From NCBI GenBank assembly GCA_965218095.1, contig OZ244587.1, positions 1,216,001-1,280,000 of the forward strand: a stretch of DNA of 64,000 bases, given 5' to 3'. Positions 10,232 to 19,801 of this stretch are shown one piece after another (positions within the stretch are counted from its first letter, which is position 1; each line of letters begins with the position of its first letter). The stretch is from Candidatus Poribacteria bacterium. GTDB lineage: Bacteria; Poribacteria; WGA-4E; PCPOR2b. Both the position numbers and the translations under genes were made by a program. A model generated the notes under the pieces. The model saw nothing but the letters and a program-made list of their open reading frames with translations. It did no database searches and had not been told where the DNA came from.

Positions 10232-11050
10232 ATGCGTTTAACGCAAGAGCACATTTATCAGTTTCGGGATGAGGGATATATCGCAATCCCCGACTTCTTC
10301 TCTGAATGCGAGGTAAAGGCGATGCAGGCTGAACTTGATTGGCTATTTCGAGGAGGGAAGCTGCGCAACGTTGCGACCGACGGTGATGGGAAAACTCATT
10401 CAACTACGAGTTTTAATTTCCAGATCTGTCCAATCTATCACAAGAGTGACTTCTTCAGGGCGATGCCTTTTGACCCCAGGATTATCGAAGTTGTGACGCA
10501 ACTCATCGGCGACCGGATTATCGAACATCTCGATCAGATTTTTCTTAGACCCGCCCACACAGGTGCACCCACCAACTGGCATCAAGACAACGCCTACTTC
10601 AAGATTGATGACCCTCTGCGCGGCACAGCGATGTGGACAGCTATCCATGATGCGACGGTCATCAATGGAACCCTCCGCGTTATCCCCGGTTCGGGAGGCG
10701 TATGAACATGCCCGAGACCCCGACAGCGACCATCACATCCGATGTTACCCGCCCGAAGAACGGGCTGTACCTATCGAATTGCCGCAGGTGGCGCAGCTTT
10801 CTTCTGTTACGGTACGGCTCACGCCACCGGGCCCAACAAGACAAACAAACCCCGTGCCGGTTTGGCGATTCACTTTCTCCATACTGACTATGCCAAACCG
10901 TCCCTGGTCGAGGAAAATCGAACGACCCGACCCTACCTGGCAGGTCCAGAAGCAACCGGCGGGCTAAAGGAATATGGCGTCAAGCTCGAAGGTGCCTGGG
11001 GGCAGGAAATAGCGCATATACTTGCCGAAGCCCAGGCAGCCGCAAACTAA
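10232..11050 (+). pseudogene. Phytanoyl-CoA dioxygenase (PhyH) family, two frameshifts
   Basis: WHQDNAY and NGTLRVIPGS in first frame; HARDPDSDHHIRC in second; GGAAFF..AHATGPN..RAGLAIHF in third. Confidence 0.8.
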
Positions 11051-11410
11051 ATAATCCCGCGCAAATTCTTTTCACTTTCAACAACCTGTCAGCGTCACGA
11101 GGGAGTGAGCTAGTGCGATTGAGTCCGACGACTTAATCGAGTTACTGCACCATTTGTCGACGATTGTTAATTTCAATCAACCGCCACAACGGCTGCAAAG
11201 TGTAAAAAAATCAGTGGAATTATTTAGTTGGCACATGAATTGTTTTCATAATGCCCTTATTGCACAAAAAAGTTGACAAAACCAGATGATTACCCCGATT
11301 GGTCCTTTGATTTTGAACACTTGAGCCATCAGGCTTATACACAACAGGGATGAACAGGCTACCTTTGTCTGTTCAATCGGGAATAGTTCTGCCGACTTTT
11401 TCTGGCTCTA

Positions 11411-12150
11411 TCACCGTCGAACCGCCGATCCCTCTACCCCAATCAGTTCCGCCTTTTGCAGCAGCCACCCACGCTCAACGGCGTTCACGACAGCCAAAGT
11501 CAGTGTCAAGTCATACGCCCCCGGCCCCGTGATAATTCTCGATACATCAACCCCACCCGTGATGACCGGTTTTTCAACAGGCCGCACCTCTCCAATCGCT
11601 TCTTCTTCGACAAACAGATTCCCATTGACACCAATACTCAAAAACGCTCCAGTCTTTGCCCCATCCTGAAGGATCTCATATCGCAGCGTCACAGCCGGAC
11701 GCAAGAGTTGCGTGACATTGACCTGATATTTCAATACGGGTGTTTCATCTTCACCTGACCAATAGGTGTTAGAATCGATCCGGAGCGATTGGAGGACAAC
11801 AACCTCGACTGTAATCGAACCCTGGTCAACCTCAAATCCATCGGTCAACTCTAGCGTAATTGTGTACACGCCAGGCGCATCCGGCGCAAGATAGGTCACA
11901 CTCGCCATGCCCCCGACAATCCGTCCGCCGTTTGCCTCCCATGTATAGATGAGATCTGCTTTATCCCCCGAATAATCGAACAGCGCAGCAACGGTCGCAG
12001 TACTACCCGTGTTCAGCATCTGACTTGTAATGTTCAATTCATTTATTTCGATGATATGCCGCATCGGACGAATTGGGTTTTCATCGTCGCCGCAGCCAAT
12101 TAGTATTAAAACTGAGATGAAGATCGGCGCCAGCCGGGGCCAACCGTTGA
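11411..12150 (-). CDS. Lipoprotein with PKD/Ig-like domain (start uncertain)
   Basis: Lipobox LIGC, YTWEANGG..VTYLAPDAPGVYTITLELTDG; the ORF extension to 12346 overlaps the upstream gene. Confidence 0.6.
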
Positions 12151-12155
12151 AAGGT

Positions 12156-12491
12156 TCATTCCCTTTCAACGGTTTCAGCCGGTTTCGTAAGTTCGTTTTT
12201 CTGCAAAACATTATTTCGGAAAACATATCTTTGGTCCCCATACCACTCGATACGCCAGCGATCAAATCCACGCTCAAACTCGATGACGCGATCCGGTTCA
12301 CCGAGTTTGGCATGGAGCGCCTCGACGGTGTGTTGGTCGTGTCCAATGAGGTGCTTTGTCAGCATCGCAACCCCGGCTAAGATCGCTACCAACACCAATT
12401 TCCCCCGCGTTTTCACACTGATGCTATACGCTATTGAAGTGGGGGTCAATAAGAAAACGACTAGTAGTAAGTAGCAGATGAACTTTTTCAT
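12156..12491 (-). CDS. Hypothetical secreted/membrane protein
   Basis: Signal peptide MKKFICYLLL, second hydrophobic helix, LGEPD motif. Confidence 0.6.
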   Translation of the reverse strand: MKKFICYLLLVVFLLTPTSIAYSISVKTRGKLVLVAILAGVAMLTKHLIGHDQHTVEALHAKLGEPDRVIEFERGFDRWRIEWYGDQRYVFRNNVLQKNELTKPAETVERE

Positions 12492-12581
12492 AAGATTGAA
12501 ACGTGATGCGTGAAGAAACTCCTCGCTATGCGGGATTTCGCTACCCTCAACCTGAACCCTTGAACCTATGCACTCCTGAAT

Positions 12582-13064
12582 TCATTGCCCAATTTCCTGA
12601 ATTTCCCACAGCCATTTCTGAAAATTCCGCGTATGACTCCCTCGCCAAAACAGCTTGTTACAGGTCGGACATTGGTGAAACTGATCTTGTGCGCGATAAA
12701 CATAAGCTGGAACCGCAGACCGCACCTGCGCTTTGGGAACAGGCTGAATGACGGTGTTGCAATCAAGACATCGCGTAAAAAAGGAGTCGTGGTTGAGTTT
12801 TAAGTTGAATGCCCGAATGACCTGCTTGAGTTGCTCAACCGGATCTTGGCTGGCGAGCAGGAGACATTGTTCAACCATGCAGCGTTCCAAGAAGTCACGA
12901 TCTCGGGTGAGGATGACCCGATTCTCACGCAGTGCTTTGAGGGCAAGCTGTGCATCGGTCGCGGGAGATTGGTAAGAGACGTCATATCCTAAAATTCGTA
13001 GCCACTTGCCGAGTTTGCCGACGTTCTCATCAGCAAGAAATTTCGGGACTGGAGAATCTGTCAT
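12582..13064 (-). CDS. Mut7-C RNase (PIN-like) domain protein
   Basis: FLADENVGKLGKWLRILGYD, RVILTRD, RCLDCN, CPTCNKLFWRGSH. Confidence 0.92.
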   Translation of the reverse strand: MTDSPVPKFLADENVGKLGKWLRILGYDVSYQSPATDAQLALKALRENRVILTRDRDFLERCMVEQCLLLASQDPVEQLKQVIRAFNLKLNHDSFFTRCLDCNTVIQPVPKAQVRSAVPAYVYRAQDQFHQCPTCNKLFWRGSHTRNFQKWLWEIQEIGQ

Positions 13065-13523
13065 AATGGGAATCTCCTCAAAGCCAGCCGTCAGCCCAAA
13101 CACGGTTGCCAACGGCCGGAATTGTTACCGTTTATTGTATCGGAATTCGAGAAATTTTGCAAATGCTAACTTCGTTATTGCGACAATCCATGCCTTCATG
13201 TTACCATTATGAACAATCTACTTACAAAGGGAGGTTTGATAAACGTGGAAAACCCAGGTCGAAAAAAAGAAGACAGCCGATCGGAAACTTCCCACACCGA
13301 TGAGTCGCCAAGCCAATCTACTTCGCAGCTTCCGCAGCGAGCACCGCCTAATCAAATCGAACATAGAAGTGAACAGGATTCGTCAAATTTGAAGGTCATT
13401 TCTAGCGTACTTGAGCATCGCATCTTGGAAATGGAATCGAGATTCTCCCACGAGTTGGGGACGATGCAATCAGAAATAGATAGTGGATTTTCAGGATTGC
13501 ACGGCGATATCTCGGATTTAAGT

Positions 13524-14628
13524 GAGGGGTGCTCATAAGTCCCCTTATCGAAAGAGTGTAATCAGATGTGTTACATTTCTCAGGGGTCTTCCCCAAATAG
13601 AATTGACTAACATAGCCAGTTGCAGTAAAACCACCCCCAGCATCAAAAAGGTAGAGACATTCGCTTTTCGACTCACCGGCAATTGCTTATGATTGGTATG
13701 GGTCGATAGTAATTGGCTCAACAATCCAAAGATAGGTTCAATAGCAACCTTGCGCTTGTGTTGATAGGTCTGCAACTGCGCCGATTGATTCACCGCTTCA
13801 ACATAACGCCGTGCCCGCTGACTCTTTGCGCCTCTGACGGGAGTGATTAGCAACAGTCCCTGGTTCGCCAAGTGTTGGGTACGTTTCAAGTCGGTATAGC
13901 CGGCATCAGCGACTAAATACCCGATGTTCTGTTCAAGCAGTGTGTCGAGTTGTCGGTCAAGGACGGCTTTTTCACTCACACACGCGGTGTCAATGGCACT
14001 CATACGAGGCAATCCCTCTATAGAGACGGTCAGATGAAGCCCATAGCCGTAAACCCAACCGTGATAGTGACTCTTTGACCAACTGGCGTCTGTGTCAATG
14101 GCACGGATGCCAGTTGGGATGCGATTGGCATTTCTATCCTTCTGATGCCAGACGCTTCCTTTTGCCTTAAACAGACTTTTGTCTTGGTAAACCACCTCTG
14201 GAGGTGAGTCAGGTATCAAAGTCATTCCCACATCACCGAGATACCCGATGAACGCCTCTAGCTGGTAAGCGAGTTGTTTGTAGCGTCGGCAAAGGGTTGC
14301 CCGAGACGGAACACATGCCAGTTTAAGACGACACAGCCACTGCGGGTGTAGCTTGAGCCATCTGTGTTGTGCCTTAAAGCGATGGAGGCCTTTGAGCGTT
14401 AAGATGGCAAAAAGGACAATCAAGCAGTCGTCTGTATACGATTTCGGACGTCCATGGCTCTCAGGTGGCGGTGCATGGCTGGAAGCGTTGAAATGGTCAA
14501 GTTGTTCAAACAAAAATGTGATATAATACGTACTGTCAGGATAACCCATGTTATAATCCTCTCTTTCTTGCACGTTAGATTAGATTATAACCGTTATCCT
14601 GACTCAAGTCTACTTATGAGCACCCCTC
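13524..14628 (-). mobile_element. Insertion sequence, DDE_Tnp_1 (IS982/IS5-like), 1105 bp
   Basis: 17-bp TIR GAGGGGTGCTCATAAGT / ACTTATGAGCACCCCTC; 8-bp TSD ATTTAAGT / AGTTAAGT (1 mismatch). Confidence 0.9.
13545..14573 (-). CDS. DDE transposase
   Basis: QDKSLF, DASWSKSHYHGWVYGYGLHL, VADAGY, IEPIF. Confidence 0.9.
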   Translation of the reverse strand: MQEREDYNMGYPDSTYYITFLFEQLDHFNASSHAPPPESHGRPKSYTDDCLIVLFAILTLKGLHRFKAQHRWLKLHPQWLCRLKLACVPSRATLCRRYKQLAYQLEAFIGYLGDVGMTLIPDSPPEVVYQDKSLFKAKGSVWHQKDRNANRIPTGIRAIDTDASWSKSHYHGWVYGYGLHLTVSIEGLPRMSAIDTACVSEKAVLDRQLDTLLEQNIGYLVADAGYTDLKRTQHLANQGLLLITPVRGAKSQRARRYVEAVNQSAQLQTYQHKRKVAIEPIFGLLSQLLSTHTNHKQLPVSRKANVSTFLMLGVVLLQLAMLVNSIWGRPLRNVTHLITLFR

Positions 14629-14789
14629 AGTTAAGTGATTCCCTCAACGAATCGATGGATCAACTCGAAGACACAGTAGGGCGGTTCACCTCTACGATGA
14701 AATGGTATCTTGTGGTGACAGGGATAATGGCGATTGTCGCAATCGCGTTCCTGCTGTGGCAAATCTTCTTTGGCTAAGGGAGAAACAAA

Positions 14790-15578
14790 ATGAGTCACGC
14801 AAACACAAATGAAAGTTGGGAAATTGAAACGGGGGTCACCGATGAACAGGTAGCTTTCTACAATGAGAACAGCTATCTCAAATTCGGCAGAATCTTTACC
14901 AAAGCGGAGTTAGACGAATTACGCGATTACGTTGATGATATGATTGCATCGCTCCCCGAAGGTAAACGCCCTGAACAGATGGACGTCCCGCACTTCGAGC
15001 ATCCGTATTTGTTCAAATACCTCGCGCACCCGCATGTGCTGGATGTTATCAAGCAATTCATTGGGCCCGATATTGCCCTCTGGTCAAGTCATTTTATCAG
15101 CAAACGCACGAGCGATGGCCTGGCGGTACCGTGGCATCAGGACGGTGTCTACTGGGGCGACCGGCTGCAACCGATGCGCGTCATCACAATGTGGTTAGCC
15201 GTGGACGAGTCAATGGTCGAAAACGGTTGTATGCGCGTGATTGCCGGTAGTCATAAATTCAGGAATCGGCGTTACGAGGCGGTCGATAGGGAAAAGCACC
15301 TGTTTGGCAGTGAGATCATCTCCGAGGACATCGATTCGTCGAAGATTGTGGATCTGGATCTGAAGGTTGGCGAATGCCACTTCCATGATGCGTTCACCAT
15401 CCACGGCTCGAATCCCAACACCTCGCAGAAACGCCGCTGTGGCTACACGATGCGTTATATGCCAGCGACCGTCCACTGTAATGACCCTTCGTTGAAACCG
15501 AGTCATCGCATCTATCTTCTGCGTGGCGAGGATCGGACGGATGGCTTTAATATCTATGCGCCGGTGCCGGATTTTTAG
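14790..15578 (+). CDS. Phytanoyl-CoA dioxygenase (PhyH) family protein
   Basis: PWHQDGVYW, ENGCMRVIAGSH, IHGSNPNTS..RR. Confidence 0.92.
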   Translation: MSHANTNESWEIETGVTDEQVAFYNENSYLKFGRIFTKAELDELRDYVDDMIASLPEGKRPEQMDVPHFEHPYLFKYLAHPHVLDVIKQFIGPDIALWSSHFISKRTSDGLAVPWHQDGVYWGDRLQPMRVITMWLAVDESMVENGCMRVIAGSHKFRNRRYEAVDREKHLFGSEIISEDIDSSKIVDLDLKVGECHFHDAFTIHGSNPNTSQKRRCGYTMRYMPATVHCNDPSLKPSHRIYLLRGEDRTDGFNIYAPVPDF

Positions 15579-15589
15579 GGCCTGATCGA

Positions 15590-15950
15590 ACGCTTCCTGA
15601 ATCTGGGATTGGGTTGACCTTTCGGCATTGGGGGAAAAACCTATCAACCTTGACATGAAGGCGCCCTCCGGCATTGGTGGGCTTGATCCAAGAGAACATG
15701 CTTCACCCGAAGCCGGTCAACATTGCGCGAAGCTCGCCTCGGAGGCAATCGGGCGGAAAGCCGGAGAGTTACTAGCTTCCTTGCCCAAGGAGCATCAGAC
15801 GTTCCATACATATTGCCATGGAAGATCTGAAACTTGACCGCCTCACGGCGATCTACCCCGGCAAGCGTATGTTTAGCCGACCATGTGATGGTCATCCCGC
15901 TAGCAACGCTGGCAACCGGAGAGGTGAAAGACCTTTTGCAAGCATCTATT
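15590..15950 (+). pseudogene. Chimeric remnants: creatininase-like C-terminus then DUF4143-ATPase-like C-terminus
   Basis: VDLSAL..GIGGLDPREHASPEAG and IAMEDLKLDRLTAIYPG; no N-termini. Confidence 0.4.
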
Positions 15951-15971
15951 CAATGATTTACGAGGTCACAG

Positions 15972-16739
15972 ATGAGTTTACAAAACAAAGTTTGTATAAT
16001 CACCGGCGGCGGTAGCGGTATCGGTCGTGGTGTGGCGATAATGATGGCACAAAATGGCGCCAAGGTGGCGCTGGTAGGCAGGACGGCGGCAAAAGTGGAA
16101 GCGGTCAGAGACGAGATTATCGCTGGCGGCGGCACAGCCTTAGCATTTGCACTGGATGTTGCCGACTACGACGCAGTTCAGAAGATGGCAAAGGATGTCC
16201 TCGACGCCTTCGGTCATATTGATGTTCTGGTGAACAACGCCGGTCACAGTTCCCACCATCGAAGACTGCTGACTATAACGCCAGAGGAAATCCGCAGCGT
16301 CATTGATTCCAACCTGATTGGCACGATTTACTGCACACAGGCGGTGGCCCCCGCCATGTTGGAAACGAAGCAGGGCACGATTATCAATGTATCATCGCTG
16401 GCTGGCGTGACCCCTGGACCCTTTAGCGGTTTGGCTTATGGTCCCGCTAAGGCGGCGGTCATCAATTTCACCGAATTCCTCAATGTTGATCTCAGGAACA
16501 CCGGCATCCGGGCAAGCGTGGTTATTCCTGGTGAGGTGGATACGCCTATCCTCGGCGAACGTCCCATTCCTCCCTCCGACGAGACTCGCGCCATGATGGT
16601 GGACGTTGAGGAAACTTCGGAAGTGATTTGTCTCATTGCCAGTCTTCCGCAGCGAACCAACATTCCCTCGCTGGTCATTAGGCCGACCATGCACCGGGAT
16701 ATGTCTAAGGAGGTGGAGGCCGCGCCAGAGGTGGGATGA
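15972..16739 (+). CDS. SDR family oxidoreductase
   Basis: TGGGSGIG, NNAG, YGPAK (YxxxK), PGEVDT. Confidence 0.93.
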   Translation: MSLQNKVCIITGGGSGIGRGVAIMMAQNGAKVALVGRTAAKVEAVRDEIIAGGGTALAFALDVADYDAVQKMAKDVLDAFGHIDVLVNNAGHSSHHRRLLTITPEEIRSVIDSNLIGTIYCTQAVAPAMLETKQGTIINVSSLAGVTPGPFSGLAYGPAKAAVINFTEFLNVDLRNTGIRASVVIPGEVDTPILGERPIPPSDETRAMMVDVEETSEVICLIASLPQRTNIPSLVIRPTMHRDMSKEVEAAPEVG

Positions 16740-16838
16740 GAAGCTGGAGAAGGAGAATCAACGTCAGTATTGTGATGCGGTGAGAACGTGATTCTTATAC
16801 GATTTTGCATTTAACCTTAAGGGTCGCTTTTGCCATTT

Positions 16839-17600
16839 TTACACATCCACAACCAAGCCGTCATAAGCGAGTTGAACGTTTTTAGGAAGTCGCGCATTCG
16901 TCGAATGATGTTCGACATCATGGGTCATGTGGGTGAAATAGGTTTGTTTGGATCTGAGTTGTTCCACAATTTCTAACGACTCTGGAATGATGAAGTGGGT
17001 CGGATGCGGTGGCTGCCATCGAAGTGCATCGAGCACCAGGAGGTCTAGAGCGCGCAGCAGATCCATTGAGGAGGGCGGAATCAAGTTGCAGTCCGTTACA
17101 TAAGCGAAATTGCCGATCCGAAATCCCAGAACCTGCGTATTTCCATGCAACAGGTCGATTGGAACGATTTCAACGCTAAATAGCTGAAATGGCCCATCAA
17201 TTGTCACAAGCTCGAGTTGCGGGATGCCGCCACCGAGATGCTGAAGTTGAAAGGCGTAATTAAAAACGGTGCGGATGCGGTCAAGGGTCGCAGGGCTGCC
17301 GTAGCAGGGGATGGAAAACCCTTGAATTGCAGAAAAGGCGCGAACATCATCAAGCCCGTGCAGGTGGTCAGCGTGGTCATGGGTAAACAGGATGGCATCA
17401 ATGTCTTCGATGCCGCATCTGATAACCTGAAGTCGAAGTTCCGGCGAGGTGTCAACGAGGATATTTTTGTCGTCGAGCGTGATGACGATGGAAGGGCGGG
17501 TACGATGATTTTTGGGATCTTTTGATTGGCACACCGAACAGTGGCAAGCAATCACCGGGACGCCGTGCGATGTGCCTGTACCAAGAAACGTAATCTTCAT
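16839..17600 (-). CDS. MBL-fold metallo-hydrolase, PhnP-like
   Basis: MKITFLGTGTSHGVP..CHCSVC, THDHADHLHGLDD, THMTH, AYDGL; start at 17600. Confidence 0.92.
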   Translation of the reverse strand: MKITFLGTGTSHGVPVIACHCSVCQSKDPKNHRTRPSIVITLDDKNILVDTSPELRLQVIRCGIEDIDAILFTHDHADHLHGLDDVRAFSAIQGFSIPCYGSPATLDRIRTVFNYAFQLQHLGGGIPQLELVTIDGPFQLFSVEIVPIDLLHGNTQVLGFRIGNFAYVTDCNLIPPSSMDLLRALDLLVLDALRWQPPHPTHFIIPESLEIVEQLRSKQTYFTHMTHDVEHHSTNARLPKNVQLAYDGLVVDV

Positions 17601-17782
17601 GGATGCTCCTGCAACCTTTTCTTCTTCGGGAAAACTACTCCGCATTCTGGACACGCGGCAGTATATGACCGGATTGCGAAGCCGCATCTGGGACAAATTC
17701 GTTTGGTCCGATGCCGAGAAATCAGAATTACGCCCAGAAAAATGATAAGCACAATCATGACTTCCCAAAAACCGATGGACAT
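17597..17782 (-). CDS. Small membrane protein with zinc ribbon
   Basis: MSIGFWEV + TM helix + CPRC/CPEC; AGGAGG RBS; ATGA overlap with next gene. Confidence 0.75.
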   Translation of the reverse strand: MSIGFWEVMIVLIIFLGVILISRHRTKRICPRCGFAIRSYTAACPECGVVFPKKKRLQEHP

Positions 17783-17899
17783 TTTGCATCCCTCCTATGC
17801 CTGAAACGTGATGCGTAAAACGTAAATCAACTCATCAATCCGTGAACTACTGAACTTTTGAATGCCTTGCCTCCTTCTTCCTTCCCGTCTTCTATCCAT

Positions 17900-18745
17900 T
17901 CACCTATTCTCTATCAACCCCCTCAACACAGCAAGATTGGCCGCGTGCATCGTTTCCATCTTCGGTGTTTCGATAATCATTGGGACTTTCTCGAAGCGTG
18001 AATCGTTGAGGAGCAGTTTGAAGGGGATTATGCTGATGTTGCCCGCGCCGATGTGGTCGTGGCGGTCGACCCGGCTGTTATATGCCGACTTCGCATCGTT
18101 GAGGTGAAACGCAAGCAACCGGTCTAACCCAATAATCCGATTAAATCGGTCAAGAGTTTGGTAATAGTCATCTTCCGTGCGCAGGTCGTATCCCGCCACG
18201 AAGACATGACAGGTATCAAAACAGACCCCCAGTCTTTCGGGATACCGTGATCCATCAATAATCTGATGTAGATGCTCAAAACAGTAACCCAGATTCGTCC
18301 CTTGCCCTGCTGTTGTTTCGAGCAAGATAATGACCTTTTCGCCTTCCGTTTGCTCAAAGAGCTGATCGAGGCTGCGGCTTAATAGTTTCAAGCCCTGCGC
18401 TTCGCCTGAATCGAGATGTGCGCCCATGTGCGTCACGATATACGGAATCCCACAGAGATCCGCGAGTTGCATCTGCGCGAGAAACTGTTTGTGGGAGTTT
18501 GCGAGGACATCCATCTTAGGGGACGCGAGGTTGGTCAAGTGAATGTCGTGGACGAGAATCTCTTGGATGGAAGATGCGCGCCAGTCCGCCCTGAATCGAT
18601 CTATTTCAGCCTCAGTCGGTTCTTTGCCAACCCAGCGGTTTGGATTTTTCAGGAAAATCTGGACGGCTTCACACGCCAGCTTTTCCCCGTTATGAATTGA
18701 ATTGTGTAAACCGCCAGCGGCGGAGACATGGGCACCGAGAGTCAT
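17900..18745 (-). CDS. nfo: Endonuclease IV
   Basis: LGAHVSAAGG, LLETTAGQG, CFDTCH, FHLND, DRHDHIG, IIETP. Confidence 0.95.
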   Translation of the reverse strand: MTLGAHVSAAGGLHNSIHNGEKLACEAVQIFLKNPNRWVGKEPTEAEIDRFRADWRASSIQEILVHDIHLTNLASPKMDVLANSHKQFLAQMQLADLCGIPYIVTHMGAHLDSGEAQGLKLLSRSLDQLFEQTEGEKVIILLETTAGQGTNLGYCFEHLHQIIDGSRYPERLGVCFDTCHVFVAGYDLRTEDDYYQTLDRFNRIIGLDRLLAFHLNDAKSAYNSRVDRHDHIGAGNISIIPFKLLLNDSRFEKVPMIIETPKMETMHAANLAVLRGLIENR

Positions 18746-18769
18746 TGACGATAACCTTTTCTATTGTCA

Positions 18770-18817
18770 GAAAAAGAAAAACAGCCTGAAATCAATTTTG
18801 GATTCCAGGCTGTTTTT
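18770..18817 (-). terminator. Rho-independent terminator after oxidoreductase beta gene
   Basis: AAAACAGCCTG...CAGGCTGTTTT hairpin followed by T-rich tract on minus strand. Confidence 0.7.
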
Positions 18818-18869
18818 GGGCTTAATAATTGAGACCAAACGAAAAAACATTTCGTTCAGCTGATATCTG

Positions 18870-19790
18870 CTACATCATCTTTTTGATGATTGCCTCGCCC
18901 TGTTCCTTTGGAACTCCAAGTTCCTGACGCGCGAGCGGGACGCCCTCATGCAGGACCGGTTCAAGGTCTTCAAGCGCAGGACGACTCGTATCTTCATAAA
19001 ACAGCCCGACGGGGATTTCATCACCCCACACCATAGCTTGCTCAAGGGCTGCCTGCACATTGGTGGGATCGTGTTCCGTTTCTTCGAGTTTCTTCACACG
19101 CTGTTTGAAGAAGGCAAACGTATTGTCCTTGTTAAAGGTAATACAAGGGCTGAAGACATCCACGAATGCGAATCCATTGTGTTCGATCCCTCTGTACATC
19201 AGTTCAGCAAGGCCCCGCGTATCGCCGCTAAACCCTCTGGCAACGTAGGTCGCGCCTGAGACGATTGCTAAAGCCAGTGGATTGAGCGGTTGTTCGACGC
19301 TGCCAAAGGGTGTACTTTTGGTCTTCATCCCCATTACGCTGGTGGGTGAAGCTTGACCGATTGTCAATCCGTAGATCTGGTTGTCCATCACAATATACAG
19401 TAGATCAATGTTGCGGCGCATGGTGTGCATGAAGTGATTCCCGCCAATACCAAAGCCATCGCCATCGCCTCCCGTGACAATCACTTTTAGATCGTGGTTA
19501 GCGAGTTTCACGCCGGTCGCCACAGCAAGCGAACGCCCGTGAAGCGTGTGCATGCCATAGGCGTTGAAAAATCCAGGCAGGTTGGACGAACAGCCGATTC
19601 CGCTGACTGTGATAAATTCGTGCTGTTCACAGCCGGTCTTCGCGCAAGCCATCTCAAGGGCTCTCAATACGCCAAAATCGCCACAACCGGGACACCAATC
19701 CGGGGATACGCTGCCCCTAAAATCTTTTGCTGTTGGGGCTGCTTTAATGGATGCATCGTTTGGCACATTTTCTCTTCTTTTCCTCGCCAT
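18870..19790 (-). CDS. korB: 2-oxoacid:ferredoxin oxidoreductase beta subunit
   Basis: WCPGCGDF, SGIGCS, HGR, GDGD, DNQIYGLT.GQASPT; substrate specificity not determinable. Confidence 0.9.
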   Translation of the reverse strand: MARKRRENVPNDASIKAAPTAKDFRGSVSPDWCPGCGDFGVLRALEMACAKTGCEQHEFITVSGIGCSSNLPGFFNAYGMHTLHGRSLAVATGVKLANHDLKVIVTGGDGDGFGIGGNHFMHTMRRNIDLLYIVMDNQIYGLTIGQASPTSVMGMKTKSTPFGSVEQPLNPLALAIVSGATYVARGFSGDTRGLAELMYRGIEHNGFAFVDVFSPCITFNKDNTFAFFKQRVKKLEETEHDPTNVQAALEQAMVWGDEIPVGLFYEDTSRPALEDLEPVLHEGVPLARQELGVPKEQGEAIIKKMM

Positions 19791-19801
19791 GTTATCCCTC
19801 C

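Larger units (their letters stand above)
13209..14777 (+). pseudogene. Tail-anchored coiled-coil membrane protein interrupted by IS
   Basis: Removing the IS and one target-site copy joins 13209-13523 in frame to 14637-14777 (..GDISDLS|DSLNESMDQL..TM helix), 151 aa. Confidence 0.75.

Noticed and set aside
17601-17789. N-terminal extension of the MBL hydrolase
   Set aside because: Overlaps the zinc-ribbon gene; family start MKITFLGTG is at 17600
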